Shown piece after piece: positions 53,316 through 63,405 of a stretch of 64,000 bases of DNA; positions within the stretch are counted from its first letter, which is position 1, and the number at the start of each line of letters is the position of its first letter. The stretch is from assembly GCA_963555755.3 (NCBI GenBank), contig OY820905.2:1088001-1152000 (forward strand), in the 5' to 3' direction. The position numbers and the translations under genes are program-made. This DNA comes from Nitrospirales bacterium (GTDB lineage: Bacteria; Nitrospirota; Nitrospiria; Nitrospirales; UBA8639). The notes under the pieces are model-generated. The model was not told the origin of the DNA and searched no databases. It was given only the letters and a program-made list of their open reading frames with translations.

Positions 53316-54326
53316 CTATGATTTGGAAAGCACTGCCTGACGATACCACTCCCAGAATTGGCTGACCCCTTCTCCTACAGATAATTTTGGCTCGTATCCT
53401 AATAAATCCACTGCTTTGGTAATATCGGCATAGGTATACGCCACGTCAGCGTCAACCATGGGTGTGGGCACGAGGTTGGCCTTTTTCCCAGCTAACTGTT
53501 CGATAATTTTGACAAAGTCGGCCAACAACACCGGCTCGCCACGACCGAGATTGATAATCTCGTATCCCAAGGGCCGATCGACAGCTCCGACAATCCCTTG
53601 GACAATATCGGTCACAAACGTCCAGTCACGATGCATTTGCCCAGAGTTATACAGGGGTACCTCGCGTCCAGTAAAAATATTGTCCAACACCTTATAAGCC
53701 ATCATGTCCGGACGGCCACGCGGGCCATACACAGTAAAAAATCGTAGCGCGGTAAACGCAAGCCCATACAGGTGGTGGTAGGAATAGCCCAGGAGTTCCC
53801 CGCTACGCTTACTCGCCGCATATGGAGCCAGAGGACGGTCAGACGCATCATGCTCCAAAAACGGAATCTGCTTGGTATTGCCATACGCCGAAGACGTAGA
53901 AGCAAACACAAAGGTCGGCATGGACTTTGGCTTCTCTTTCCCACTCATCCGCCCCACAGCCGCCTCTAAAAGATTTAACGTTCCGGTAACGTTGACGTCA
54001 TAGTAAACATGAGGATTGTCAATGGAAGCCCGAACACCTGCCATAGCCGCAAGATGGACAATGGCGTCAAATGTATGAGAGGCAAATATTTCAGCGACCA
54101 GTTTCTGGTCACGAATATCCCCCTCCACAAAGGTAAAGGCCTCGGCCTGACCGGTTTTCGTGAGGGCAAGCCGAACCTCTTCTAAATTGGCACGCTTTCT
54201 TGCTGGGTCGTAATAGTCATTTAAATTATCCAGGCCAACGACCCGATCGCCTCGAGACACAAGGGTTTGAGCCGTATGACTACCAATAAATCCTGCCGCT
54301 CCCGTCACGAACACTGTTTTACTCAA
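53316..54326 (-). CDS. NAD-dependent nucleotide-sugar epimerase (UDP-glucuronate 4-epimerase-like)
   Basis: TGAAGFIG, HLAAMAGVR, YAASK, RFFTVYGPRGRPDM. Confidence 0.92.
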   Translation of the reverse strand: MSKTVFVTGAAGFIGSHTAQTLVSRGDRVVGLDNLNDYYDPARKRANLEEVRLALTKTGQAEAFTFVEGDIRDQKLVAEIFASHTFDAIVHLAAMAGVRASIDNPHVYYDVNVTGTLNLLEAAVGRMSGKEKPKSMPTFVFASTSSAYGNTKQIPFLEHDASDRPLAPYAASKRSGELLGYSYHHLYGLAFTALRFFTVYGPRGRPDMMAYKVLDNIFTGREVPLYNSGQMHRDWTFVTDIVQGIVGAVDRPLGYEIINLGRGEPVLLADFVKIIEQLAGKKANLVPTPMVDADVAYTYADITKAVDLLGYEPKLSVGEGVSQFWEWYRQAVLSKS

Positions 54327-54477
54327 GACCCATTTCTCCTTTTATTCAAGCATGCCAACATGAGACTGTGCCTCCGATCGTTGCCAAAAAGCGGTTGCAA
54401 ATTCCCCCTCAATTGCATCCCATCGGTTTATAAAAGTTGCGCCTTAAGCAACAGATCAAAGTCTTTTGGTGTTGATA

Positions 54478-54506
54478 TTGAGCCAGCCGGCTGCCATTGG
54501 TAGAAT
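54478..54506 (+). promoter_or_regulatory. putative clpS promoter
   Basis: TTGAGC-N17-TAGAAT with extended -10 TG. Confidence 0.5.
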
Positions 54507-54527
54507 ACGGAATTACGTAATCCCATT

Positions 54528-54824
54528 ATGGCAACACTTCCAAGCACAGAAGTTAAGGACATCACGGAAGAACAGACCGGCCTTGGAACTGACAGGGATT
54601 TTGAGGCTGCAGTCATAGTCTATAATTGCGACTGCCACACGTACCAGCAAGTCATCGATCTATTCTGCAGATTTATCCCTGGCATGAGTTCCTCAAAAGC
54701 CTTTGAACTTGCTTGGCGAATTGATCACCAAGGCAATGCCCAGGTCTACCAAGGCTCTCGAAAGATGGCCGATACGATTGCGGTAAAATTGGCTGCAGGC
54801 GGCTTACGCGTGGAAGTTCGCTAA
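54528..54824 (+). CDS. clpS: ClpS-like Clp protease adaptor
   Basis: VIVYNCDCHTYQQV, A..LA..I...G.A.V. Confidence 0.8.
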   Translation: MATLPSTEVKDITEEQTGLGTDRDFEAAVIVYNCDCHTYQQVIDLFCRFIPGMSSSKAFELAWRIDHQGNAQVYQGSRKMADTIAVKLAAGGLRVEVR

Positions 54825-55159
54825 ACCCCTCTTCCAAAATAGAATCCTCCTCACGATTCCATTTCCTCTTCCCTTGAAGGTGGCTTCCGGTTCAAAATTA
54901 TCGACGTTTCGCCTTAACGTAGGTCTTTGGCTTGGGCTTGGGTTTGGGTTTAGCCTTTACCTTAGCACGAGAGGTTGATGCGGATTTAGTTTGAACTTTG
55001 GATTGAGTCTTCGCTTTGGCCTTTGGTTTAGCTTTGATCTTCAGTTTAGCTTTGGCCTTCGGTTTAACTTTGACCTTCGGTGTAACTTTGGCCTTCGGTT
55101 TAACTTTGACCTTCGGTGTAACTTTGGCCTTCGGTTTAACTTTGGCCTTCGGTTTAGCT

Positions 55160-56596
55160 GAGTGTGTGCTAATGTTAGTTGGAATTTGAAGCGGCTCCCC
55201 CACCTGTGGTGAGATGGCGTTCGACAAAGAATCGACATCTCGTCAACAGAACAAAGGAGCCACTTCATGAGCAGTATTGCGGAAATCAAGAGACGAAGCA
55301 AGAAGGCCAAACGCTTGGGATCAGTGCGGGTGATTCGGGCCGAGCAGTATGCGGACTTTGATGTGAACAGCAAGGTGGAATGCATTCAGGCCCTCATCCC
55401 CTTGGGTCTGATGCGGATTCACGAACTCTTAGAGGACGAGGTGTGCACGTTGGCTGGAGCCCGGTATGAACGGAAGGCATCTCGCCTACCGGGCCGCCGG
55501 CATGGGAGCAATCCCGGGAGTGTCCGGCTGGCGGGGCAACGGCATCCGTTCAAGATTCCTCGCGTCCAGCATGTGGCCGGTGGCGAAATCCCCTTAGAGA
55601 GCTTGGCGCACCTCCATGGTACAGGCAAGCTGGATGAGATCCTCCTCAAACGGGTGCGGTATGGGATTTCCTGCCGGCACTATGAGGCCGCAGCGGCCGC
55701 GGTCCCTGGGGCCATTGGCTTGTCAAGTTCTACGGTGTCGCGGAGCTTTACGCACGCCAGTGCCAAACAGCTCAAGGGCCTGCAGGAACGCGACTGGAGC
55801 GAGCTGGATATTCTTGCCATCTTTCTTGATGGGAAGACCTTTGCCGACATGACGATGGTGGTGGCCGTCGGGATCACGCTCACGGGTGAGAAACACGTCC
55901 TAGGATTTGTGGAAACGGGGACGGAGAACGAGGCGGTTCTCACGCCCTTTCTCCAGGAGTTGGAGGAGCGGGGCCTCACCAATTCTCAGGGACTCTTGTT
56001 CATCATTGATGGAGGGAAAGGCCTGCGAGCGGCCGTGCGACAGGCTTTTGGGACTTCCGCCCTGGTTCAGCGATGCCGGTGGCACAAACGGGAGAATGTC
56101 GTCAGGCATTTGCCGAAAGGCGACCAGGCCACCTGGCGCCGACGGCTCCAACGGGCGTATCAGCGTCCAACCTATGCGGAAGCCAGAACCGCGCTCACGC
56201 GCTTGCAGACAGAACTAGAGGACCGCAATCAATCGGCGGCGCGGAGCTTAGCGGAAGGTCTGGAAGAAACGTTGACCTTGCATCGGCTACGAGTCTTTGC
56301 TCTCTTGGGCTTGTCCTTCAAGACCCCGAATTGTCTGGAATCCATCAACGCTTTGGTGGAAGAGCGGTGTGCCAAAGTGGATCGCTGGACGAACTCGAAT
56401 CAGCGACAACGGTGGTTGGCCACGGCGCTGCTGGATATTGAGCCACGGCTGCGGAAGGTCAAAGGGTATCGGCACTTGCCCAAACTCCGTGAGGCGCTGC
56501 GACGAGACTTGAACATTGAGAAGACCGTGCCAAAGAAGGTTGCGTAACATGAACCCCGGAGCCGTGGAGAATTTCAACTAACTTTGGGCTTGACTC
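55160..56596 (+). mobile_element. IS256-family element (1437 bp)
   Basis: imperfect TIR GAGT...GTTAGTTG.AATT; 8-bp TSD GTTTAGCT. Confidence 0.92.
55267..56547 (+). CDS. IS256-family transposase
   Basis: IFLDG, IIDGGKGL, QRCRWHK..N, N.LES.N. Confidence 0.93.
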   Translation: MSSIAEIKRRSKKAKRLGSVRVIRAEQYADFDVNSKVECIQALIPLGLMRIHELLEDEVCTLAGARYERKASRLPGRRHGSNPGSVRLAGQRHPFKIPRVQHVAGGEIPLESLAHLHGTGKLDEILLKRVRYGISCRHYEAAAAAVPGAIGLSSSTVSRSFTHASAKQLKGLQERDWSELDILAIFLDGKTFADMTMVVAVGITLTGEKHVLGFVETGTENEAVLTPFLQELEERGLTNSQGLLFIIDGGKGLRAAVRQAFGTSALVQRCRWHKRENVVRHLPKGDQATWRRRLQRAYQRPTYAEARTALTRLQTELEDRNQSAARSLAEGLEETLTLHRLRVFALLGLSFKTPNCLESINALVEERCAKVDRWTNSNQRQRWLATALLDIEPRLRKVKGYRHLPKLREALRRDLNIEKTVPKKVA

Positions 56597-57282
56597 GTTT
56601 AGCTTTGGCCTTCGGTTTAACTTTGATCTTCAGTTTAGCTTTGACCCTCAGTTTAGCTTTGACCTTCGGTTTAGCTTTGACCTTCGGGATAACTTTTGGC
56701 TTTGGCTTAACCTTGGTCATTTGGGTAGGTTTAGGCTTGGGTTTAGGCTTGGGTTTAGACTTAGGTTTAGCCTGGACTTTGGATTTGGTTTGAGTCTTAG
56801 TTTTTGCCACCTTTTTTATCACGGAATGAGCCGTCTTCGACTTGGGTTTTGGAACCTGAACCTTTTTCGAAACAATAGGCTTCAATGTTGTTGGGGATTT
56901 TGATGGTGCGGGTTCCGGCTTCTGAGCACCCACAGGTAGTGGCTTCCGCTCAGCCTTTTTTGCAGTAGGAAGCGACTCTTTGTGTTTTGGAGAAGTGGGA
57001 CGGGACGGCAATTTCCGGTTTTTCATAAATTTTAGATTATCTCCGCTAAAGACCCGCACCTGATAGAGCTCCATTAACTTGCTCACGGCTTTTTGGTCGC
57101 CCTTCCGAGCCAGCGCAAGCAAATTCCTTCGCTGATTCATTTCCTCTTCTTCAGTATGGGATGTCACTCGCCTCTCCATAGGGGACGTCTCCTGCTCTGG
57201 TCAAAGTTAGCCGGGACAATAGACCCGGTATGAGGTAGCGCCTAGCGTAAAGTACACTTTTAGGAAAATATTTTCCACCGGC

Positions 57283-57468
57283 TTATTTTTTCGCAAACAC
57301 CGTAGCATCACAGGAAAAGTACTTGAGCTGTTTTATAGGGATGATCATCACCTCTTGCGGTGTGTCAATTTCCAAGACTTCCATGTCGTCACTGATGGTA
57401 TGACGAACGGCATTGCTGATCATCACTTCTTGATTATCCGTGAACACGATCTTCACCCAATACTGCAC
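57283..57468 (-). CDS. small hypothetical protein
   Basis: 61 aa, AAGGAG RBS before GTG. Confidence 0.65.
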   Translation of the reverse strand: MQYWVKIVFTDNQEVMISNAVRHTISDDMEVLEIDTPQEVMIIPIKQLKYFSCDATVFAKK

Positions 57469-57585
57469 ACCAAACTCCTTTCATGAATGCTGAAGCACAT
57501 ACCGATCTTCCTCCCCACCATATAGGTGACAAGAAAAAACCTGTCGAACTCGACTTGTCACACCCTTCTGAGAGTTGGCCTGCGG

Positions 57586-58407
57586 TTAGTTTCCCAATCG
57601 ACCCAATTCTCGAGAACGCAGCGTGGCGCTTTGAACGGCATTGATCACCGTTCCACGAAATTTTCCCTCCTCCAAACTATGCAAACCAGCAATCGTGGTT
57701 CCCCCAGGGGAAGCCACACGATCCTTCAACACTCCCGGATGCTCTCCACTTTCAAGCACCATTTTGGCTGCCCCAAATACCGTCTGCGCAGCAAACAACT
57801 GGGCCACCGATCGAGGCAAGCCCATTTTCACTCCACCATCGGCTAACGCCTCAATAAAAACACAGACATAGGCTGGCCCGCCACCACTCAATCCCGTGAT
57901 CGTATCGATATGGGATTCATCAACCACGACCACTTTACCCACAGCCTCAAAAATAGCTTTTCCCATGTCCATTTGCTGAGGAGAAACTCCTGGACCGCCA
58001 GCTAGAGCAGTAGCCCCCTCTAACACAATGCTGGGGGTATTGGGCATAACCCGTATAATGCAAGCTTTAGTATGAAGTCCGGCTTGGATCTTGGCAATGG
58101 GCACACCGGCAGCCACAGAAATTATAAATGGTTTAGACCGCGTTGGTAGCTTTAACCCTGCCATGACCTCATCCAGAACTTGAGGTTTTACAGCCAGAAT
58201 AACGATATCTGCCCATTTGGCCGCTTCGGCATTATTCGATCCGATACGAACCCCGTAACGGCGCTTAAAATGCTGTAGTCGTTGGTCCGAAACATCCGTG
58301 GCAAAGATTTGGGAAGGCCGCACGACTTTACCCATGAGCAATCCCGAAACCAGCGCCTCAGCAATATTTCCTGCCCCAATAATGGCAATGTTTTGATTGT
58401 CCAGCAT
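57586..58407 (-). CDS. proC: pyrroline-5-carboxylate reductase
   Basis: IIGAGNIA, LAVKPQ, RVMPNTP, GLSGGGPAY, V.SPGGTT. Confidence 0.96.
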   Translation of the reverse strand: MLDNQNIAIIGAGNIAEALVSGLLMGKVVRPSQIFATDVSDQRLQHFKRRYGVRIGSNNAEAAKWADIVILAVKPQVLDEVMAGLKLPTRSKPFIISVAAGVPIAKIQAGLHTKACIIRVMPNTPSIVLEGATALAGGPGVSPQQMDMGKAIFEAVGKVVVVDESHIDTITGLSGGGPAYVCVFIEALADGGVKMGLPRSVAQLFAAQTVFGAAKMVLESGEHPGVLKDRVASPGGTTIAGLHSLEEGKFRGTVINAVQSATLRSRELGRLGN

Positions 58408-58450
58408 AATCCCGTGAGTATATCGTGTGCCTTGCACCCGTTCAACCCAA

Positions 58451-58648
58451 TTAATCGCCTCTGTTCTTTGCCCTAGCCGGAAAACCCGTTGTAAAAATTT
58501 CAGCTAGCCTGACAAAAGTTAATGACTCGCCCCAGCCACTATTAACGTTGACCCGGTCGAGAAACCCATCCGCATTGAGATCCGCCGCAGCGAAACGAAC
58601 AGGAGCGCATTGGGTTGGGGAGTGGGCGTTTGCAATGTGGTCAAAAAT
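58451..58648 (-). pseudogene. FG-GAP/VCBS-like repeat gene fragment
   Basis: P..FAAADLNADGFLD.V.VN; abuts the RAYT element end. Confidence 0.4.
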
Positions 58649-59659
58649 GGGGTCAGGCATGAGTATTGACTTATTCTTTCAGGATCGCCCGCACCTGCCT
58701 TTCCAAAAAACGAGAAGGCTTCGCCACATAGCCCGCATACAAGCGACTGATCATCGAAGGGTCGCGATGCAAACGACGCCCCACCTCCTTCACGCTTAGG
58801 CCGCTCCATTCCCGTGCACCATACACCAGCAACGCACGTGCCGCCATCGGATCGCGCCGCCGTCCTGCCTGAACTAAACGAGCGATCGAGTGGCCCGTCG
58901 CTTCAGCCACGGCAGGAAGTAACCGGGAAAAGCTCACCTTAGGCCCCTTCACCACCACCTCGTGTTTGGCGTCTGCCTTGTGCTGGAGCGCAGCCAGAAA
59001 CCGCGTGTCCCCCAAGAAGCGTTGATCCACCGTATCATAGTAGCTCGCTTGATGCCCCGCGCTCAGCCCCTCTTGTACAAACCTGCTATATGCCTTTCGC
59101 GCTGGCCCCACCTGCCGATGAAACTGTTCGAGAATGGCCGAGGCCTCGACCTCAACTGGACCCGATTGCCCAAGATACATTCCGTGGCTACTCCAGGGAT
59201 ACCGCAAGGGGTTCTGCGGCTGCCGCAGCCGTGCCGGGTTCAAATGCAGATATCGGACCAACTCCAGCAGATAGGCATCCCGATCACAGAGAATGGCCTT
59301 GTAGCGCCCTTGAAAAAGATGCCCCGTCTTCCGGTAACGACCATTATAATATTGGGTATAGGTGAACTGGAGGGTCTGCATGGTTCGAGAAAGAGGGACC
59401 TCCCCGGTTTCGACCAACAAATGAACGTGGTTGCTCATCAAGACAAACGCATAGCACCGGAGGCTATCCCGCTGACGGTAGCGTTCAAGGCGTTCGAGAT
59501 ACGCGGCATAATCCCCCTCGTCATGAAAGAGGGTCGTACGGCGGTTGCCGCGGACAATTACGTGATAGAATGCGCCAGAAAATTCAAGGCGCGGTTTTCG
59601 AGCCATAACTGGAACCTACAAGAAGAGGGACATATAAGTCAATACTCATGCCTGACCCC
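58649..59659 (-). mobile_element. RAYT/Y1 element bounded by 26-bp perfect inverted repeats
   Basis: GGGGTCAGGCATGAGTATTGACTTAT (58649-58674) and its reverse complement (59634-59659). Confidence 0.8.
58671..59606 (-). CDS. REP-associated tyrosine transposase (HUH/Y1) with C-terminal HTH
   Basis: MARKPR, YHVIVRGN, LMSNHVHLL, GHLFQGRY, RYLHLNP, YPWSS; C-terminal LS..EVGR.L.RD.S. Confidence 0.9.
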   Translation of the reverse strand: MARKPRLEFSGAFYHVIVRGNRRTTLFHDEGDYAAYLERLERYRQRDSLRCYAFVLMSNHVHLLVETGEVPLSRTMQTLQFTYTQYYNGRYRKTGHLFQGRYKAILCDRDAYLLELVRYLHLNPARLRQPQNPLRYPWSSHGMYLGQSGPVEVEASAILEQFHRQVGPARKAYSRFVQEGLSAGHQASYYDTVDQRFLGDTRFLAALQHKADAKHEVVVKGPKVSFSRLLPAVAEATGHSIARLVQAGRRRDPMAARALLVYGAREWSGLSVKEVGRRLHRDPSMISRLYAGYVAKPSRFLERQVRAILKE

Positions 59660-59679
59660 GTATTCTGACCCCGTATTCG

Positions 59680-59980
59680 AGACATCGGCCTTCCCCACTT
59701 TCTCAGTGGGTCGGAACTAGGCACATGTTCCCGCAACACGACTTCAATGCAGGCCTTTATTTTCGGGGCTGCAGGCACTTCCTTAGATGTTCAGGCCTCC
59801 GAGTTTGCTCGCCCCTCAGGTCGTTCCAACCGTAGGATGTTTCTTCCACCCCAGCTGGTACGTCCACGCATATCTCGGTTTGTCACCTCCCCGAGCAGTG
59901 GATAGACTGCCCCTCCGAATCGAGCAATTGACGGTAGAGGGACTTCACTCTCCAAGATTGGCGGCCTTGCTGGCCGCTCC
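59680..59980 (-). ncRNA. probable 5' fragment (domain I) of a group II intron, no RT
   Basis: minus strand begins GGAGCGGCCAGCAAGGCCGC..GAGAGTGAAGTCCCTCT.., later CTCGG..GGTGAC..CCGAG; recognised by pattern only. Confidence 0.5.
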
Positions 59981-60082
59981 TAGGAATGGTAAAGGGCCTT
60001 TTGGGCTGGACAGAAAAGTACCAAAGAAGCTGTAGGTGTCGATTTCGCTTATCAGCAGTTTACAAATGGTGGGAGGACGCAG

Positions 60083-60247
60083 CTAACTTTTTCTACTGGT
60101 TTTGGCCATAAAAGTCGCAAACACCCTTTCTATCTTTTGGCTTTTGCAAGAGGGACAGAACGGTGGGCCACTTTCCTGTGCCTTTAACGTTCGAGCAAGA
60201 ACGAAGTCTTTGCCGCACTTCTGACATTTGTAATCATACATAGGCAT
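60083..60247 (-). CDS. FmdB-family zinc-ribbon protein (54 aa, below the ORF-track cutoff)
   Basis: MPMYDYKCQKCGKDF...FCPSCKS...; AAGGAGG RBS. Confidence 0.88.
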   Translation of the reverse strand: MPMYDYKCQKCGKDFVLARTLKAQESGPPFCPSCKSQKIERVFATFMAKTSRKS

Positions 60248-60486
60248 GGTTCTTCCCTCCTTCGTGACAGGTCGAACTGATAGTCGTGGTGTGGCGGGAG
60301 CGTCGATGATATTTGAGGGAACTTGGCCTGCGGCATCATGTTCTCCTTGGGCCTTGAGGTCAAGTGTTTTCCCAAATATAACTATCCGAATGTTAAAACC
60401 TGACCTGGGCCAATTGAGGAAAATCCCTTCATTTTTCGACTTTGCTTAAGGTAGCCCTGCTACCCTAGAGAATGTCGAAGGGCGTA

Positions 60487-60725
60487 GGGTTCGCGCAAGA
60501 ATAACTTCCCCTGTTTGGGTGCTGAGACACCTGTCTGGCAAGGCGCGAGGGCTGCACATACTCCTCGCATGGAAAGGACGAGCAACGCCGCCAGACGGGA
60601 TGGATCGACGCCCACACAGGGGAAGTTATTTTTGCGCGAGCCCTAAGGTAACCACGACTTTTTGTATTTCACCATACACACCAATATCTTACACGGCTGT
60701 TTTGCGCCCAACTGCCGTTTCTAGG
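60487..60725. mobile_element. MITE C (60487-60643) followed by half of MITE A
   Basis: C TIRs, TAA, then GGTAACCACGAC...GTTTCTAGG. Confidence 0.85.
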
Positions 60726-60917
60726 GTCACCTGCCATGGGCGGAGTGGACGGGGTTGATGTCATTTTCTGGAGAGGAGTATAGTAAAAGTGTTAGGAAAA
60801 CCGCCTAAAAACTCAGGCGTTGCTCATATGCAACATGCATAATTTCCGACTCGATGCTTGATCCAAGCAGTCACCCATGATGCCATGGTGTTGTCCATGC
60901 CAAAAAGGAGGCTAATT

Positions 60918-62018
60918 ATGAAAACATGGTCATTCTTTATTGGGCTTCTCCTGACTTTGGTTATCCTTCAAGTCCCCGACAGCTTCGCGCGACGCACGCA
61001 CCTCACTCCTGAACAAAAGAGCCAATTAGCACAAGTCCAAACCATACTGGTCACGGTCTTGGCCTTGACTGAAAAGGGCCGCGCTGATCACACCGCCCTG
61101 GAAACGATTGTGACTCAGCGTCTCGAAAAGGTTGGATATACGGTGGTTACCGATCGAACCCAGACTCACGATATTGAGTTGAAGGTCAAATGTGAGGAAC
61201 GAAAGACCTGGGCAGGGACGACTTCTGAAGGCGGTGACGCCGAGCTTGCGGATGCTCCTGTTCGGCTCTGGAAGGGACCAGGCTGTCTATTCACCTACCT
61301 CCTCGGTGGAAGAAATCTGGGGTGGTACAAGGAAGTACGAACGCCGTTTGAAGACTCGATCGCCGCCGCCAAAGCTGCCGGGGCAAACGATTCAGGCGTG
61401 TTTGCCTTGGAACAACTGACCACGCAAGTCTCCAACTATGACTTTCCAGTTATGATCACCGCAGAATGGGGGCAATCCCAGCGTTTACTCAAAGTGTTAG
61501 ATGCCCCTGATACACCCAAGGTCAGGAAACTGAAAATCCTTTCCGCCTTGAAAACCTTGGAAATCCATGGCGCCCTTCCCCAATTGACCGAGATAATGAA
61601 ACAGAAGGACCTGGCCAAGGAAGCCATTGTGGCGCTTAGAGGCGTGGGCGTGGACTCCATCCCCACCTTGATTGATTTATTTCAGAACTCCCAACAACCG
61701 GACATCCAAGCGGCAGCCGCCAAGGCTTTGGGAGATATCGCAGGCGCCAGTGGCAACCCCGCCACCCTTCCTCCCCTTGTGACGTACTTGAAAGCCTCAT
61801 TACAAAATATGAAAACCTCCGAGGACATTAATTATCCGGTCTTAACTCAGGTTGTCTGGGCCCTCGGCAAACTGCGTGATGATAATTCAATGGAGCCGAT
61901 GGAGGAATTGAATCAAAAAGTGTGGCTTATTTATGACAAGTCACAGGCTATGACTCAGCTTCGCGAAGCTACCAATTGGACCTGGAAGCAACTGGATCTT
62001 GATGGACATATCAGTTAA
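60918..62018 (+). CDS. exported HEAT-repeat protein
   Basis: AAGGAGG RBS, signal peptide (SFA), KCEE, GPGCLFTY, DFP..AEWG, HEAT repeats. Confidence 0.85.
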   Translation: MKTWSFFIGLLLTLVILQVPDSFARRTHLTPEQKSQLAQVQTILVTVLALTEKGRADHTALETIVTQRLEKVGYTVVTDRTQTHDIELKVKCEERKTWAGTTSEGGDAELADAPVRLWKGPGCLFTYLLGGRNLGWYKEVRTPFEDSIAAAKAAGANDSGVFALEQLTTQVSNYDFPVMITAEWGQSQRLLKVLDAPDTPKVRKLKILSALKTLEIHGALPQLTEIMKQKDLAKEAIVALRGVGVDSIPTLIDLFQNSQQPDIQAAAAKALGDIAGASGNPATLPPLVTYLKASLQNMKTSEDINYPVLTQVVWALGKLRDDNSMEPMEELNQKVWLIYDKSQAMTQLREATNWTWKQLDLDGHIS

Positions 62019-62167
62019 CATTCGGCATCTGCCGTCCAGGCAGGATGTTTCCCGGTACGGGAAATGATGACATAACGATCGCGGCCAATAGTCTTGAATA
62101 CCCATTGGCCATTTTTATATTTACCTCGCTATTCTAATAATTGACTCTATCCTACTCAGGAGGCCTC

Positions 62168-63280
62168 ATGATAACGACGAATGGAAAAGCTATGGTGTTT
62201 TGCGCGTGTCTTGTCGTATTCGGACTGGCCACTGACAGTTCGGCTCGACGATCGCACATCTCATCGGAACAACGAGCACAGCTCGAAAAAATTCAAACCG
62301 TGTATCTGAACGTCTTGGCGCTGACGGAAAACGGCAAAATCCCATCCGACGACCTCACATCGCTGATCAAACTCCGGCTTGAAGAACTTGGGTACAACAT
62401 CGTCACGGACCGAAAAGCCAAGGCTGACGTTCAATTCTTGGTCAAATGCGAAGAGCAAAAACGCTGGAAAGGTACCACACGATCAGGAGGCGATGCCGAA
62501 TTAGCCGATGCCCCCTTCCGTCTCTGGAGAGGGCCTGCCTGTTTATTTACCTATCGGTTGGATGGAAAAGATTTAGGCTGGTACAAAGAAACCCGAACAG
62601 ACTTCCAAGATGCCTATGCAGCGGCAAAAAAAGCCAAAGTCAAAAAGTCTGGGCAATACGCGATGAGCCAGCTCATACTCAAACTGCAGGAATTTGATTT
62701 TCCCGTTATGGTGGCCACCGAATGGGGGCACACCGACCGGCTAGCCATCTTGCTTGAGGCACCCGAAACATCCAAGGCCCGAAAGCTTCGCATCCTTGCC
62801 ACACTCTCGAAGATACGAGCCAAAGAAGCCTTCCCTCATCTCATCAAATTAGCTCACGATGAAAACGATGAATACGCAGCAGGAGCCATTATCGCCCTTG
62901 CTGGCCTGGGTCGTACAGCCACCCCCATCTTGACGGAAATCTTCGTGACCCCAAAAAACTCTCGAGTTCAGGCGGCCGCGGCCAAAGGGTTAGGCCTCAT
63001 TGGAGCTCATTCAGGCGATCCGGCCATCACCCCGCCCCTACTCGATTATTTAAATAAGAACCTCGAAGACATGGATGAATCCTCTGACATCGATTTCCCT
63101 GTCCTGACCGAGGTCGTCTGGTCCATTGGCAAACTGCGAAATGACAAGTCCATTGTCCCGATTGAACAACTCAACATGAAAATTTGGTTGATCAGAGATA
63201 GTTCAAAAGAAATGAAAGAACTTCGCGACGCCGCCAATGTCGCCACGAAAATGGTCGATCTGGATTATCAAATTATGTGA
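62168..63280 (+). CDS. exported HEAT-repeat protein (tandem paralog)
   Basis: AGGAGG RBS, same motifs as 60918. Confidence 0.85.
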   Translation: MITTNGKAMVFCACLVVFGLATDSSARRSHISSEQRAQLEKIQTVYLNVLALTENGKIPSDDLTSLIKLRLEELGYNIVTDRKAKADVQFLVKCEEQKRWKGTTRSGGDAELADAPFRLWRGPACLFTYRLDGKDLGWYKETRTDFQDAYAAAKKAKVKKSGQYAMSQLILKLQEFDFPVMVATEWGHTDRLAILLEAPETSKARKLRILATLSKIRAKEAFPHLIKLAHDENDEYAAGAIIALAGLGRTATPILTEIFVTPKNSRVQAAAAKGLGLIGAHSGDPAITPPLLDYLNKNLEDMDESSDIDFPVLTEVVWSIGKLRNDKSIVPIEQLNMKIWLIRDSSKEMKELRDAANVATKMVDLDYQIM

Positions 63281-63304
63281 GTGATTTTCAGCCTGGCCTG
63301 ATAC

Positions 63305-63343
63305 GAGAACCCTCTTCTTAGAAATAGGAAGAGGGTTCTTTTT
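63305..63343 (+). terminator. intrinsic terminator
   Basis: AGAACCCTCTTC...GAAGAGGGTTCT followed by Ts. Confidence 0.8.
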
Positions 63344-63405
63344 ACCACGAGACCGAATGGTTCCATGCACTCATTGCAAACTCCTCAATCAGACTGGACT
63401 CCGCA

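Larger units (their letters stand above)
54898..57179 (-). pseudogene. Lys/Pro/Ala-rich histone-H1-like protein interrupted by IS256
   Basis: removing the IS and one GTTTAGCT joins ...KPKAKAK to PKAKVK... in frame. Confidence 0.8.

Noticed and set aside
58962..59720. 252-aa plus-strand ORF
   Set aside because: Antisense shadow of the RAYT gene; the same applies to the many short ORFs opposite metH and the radical SAM genes
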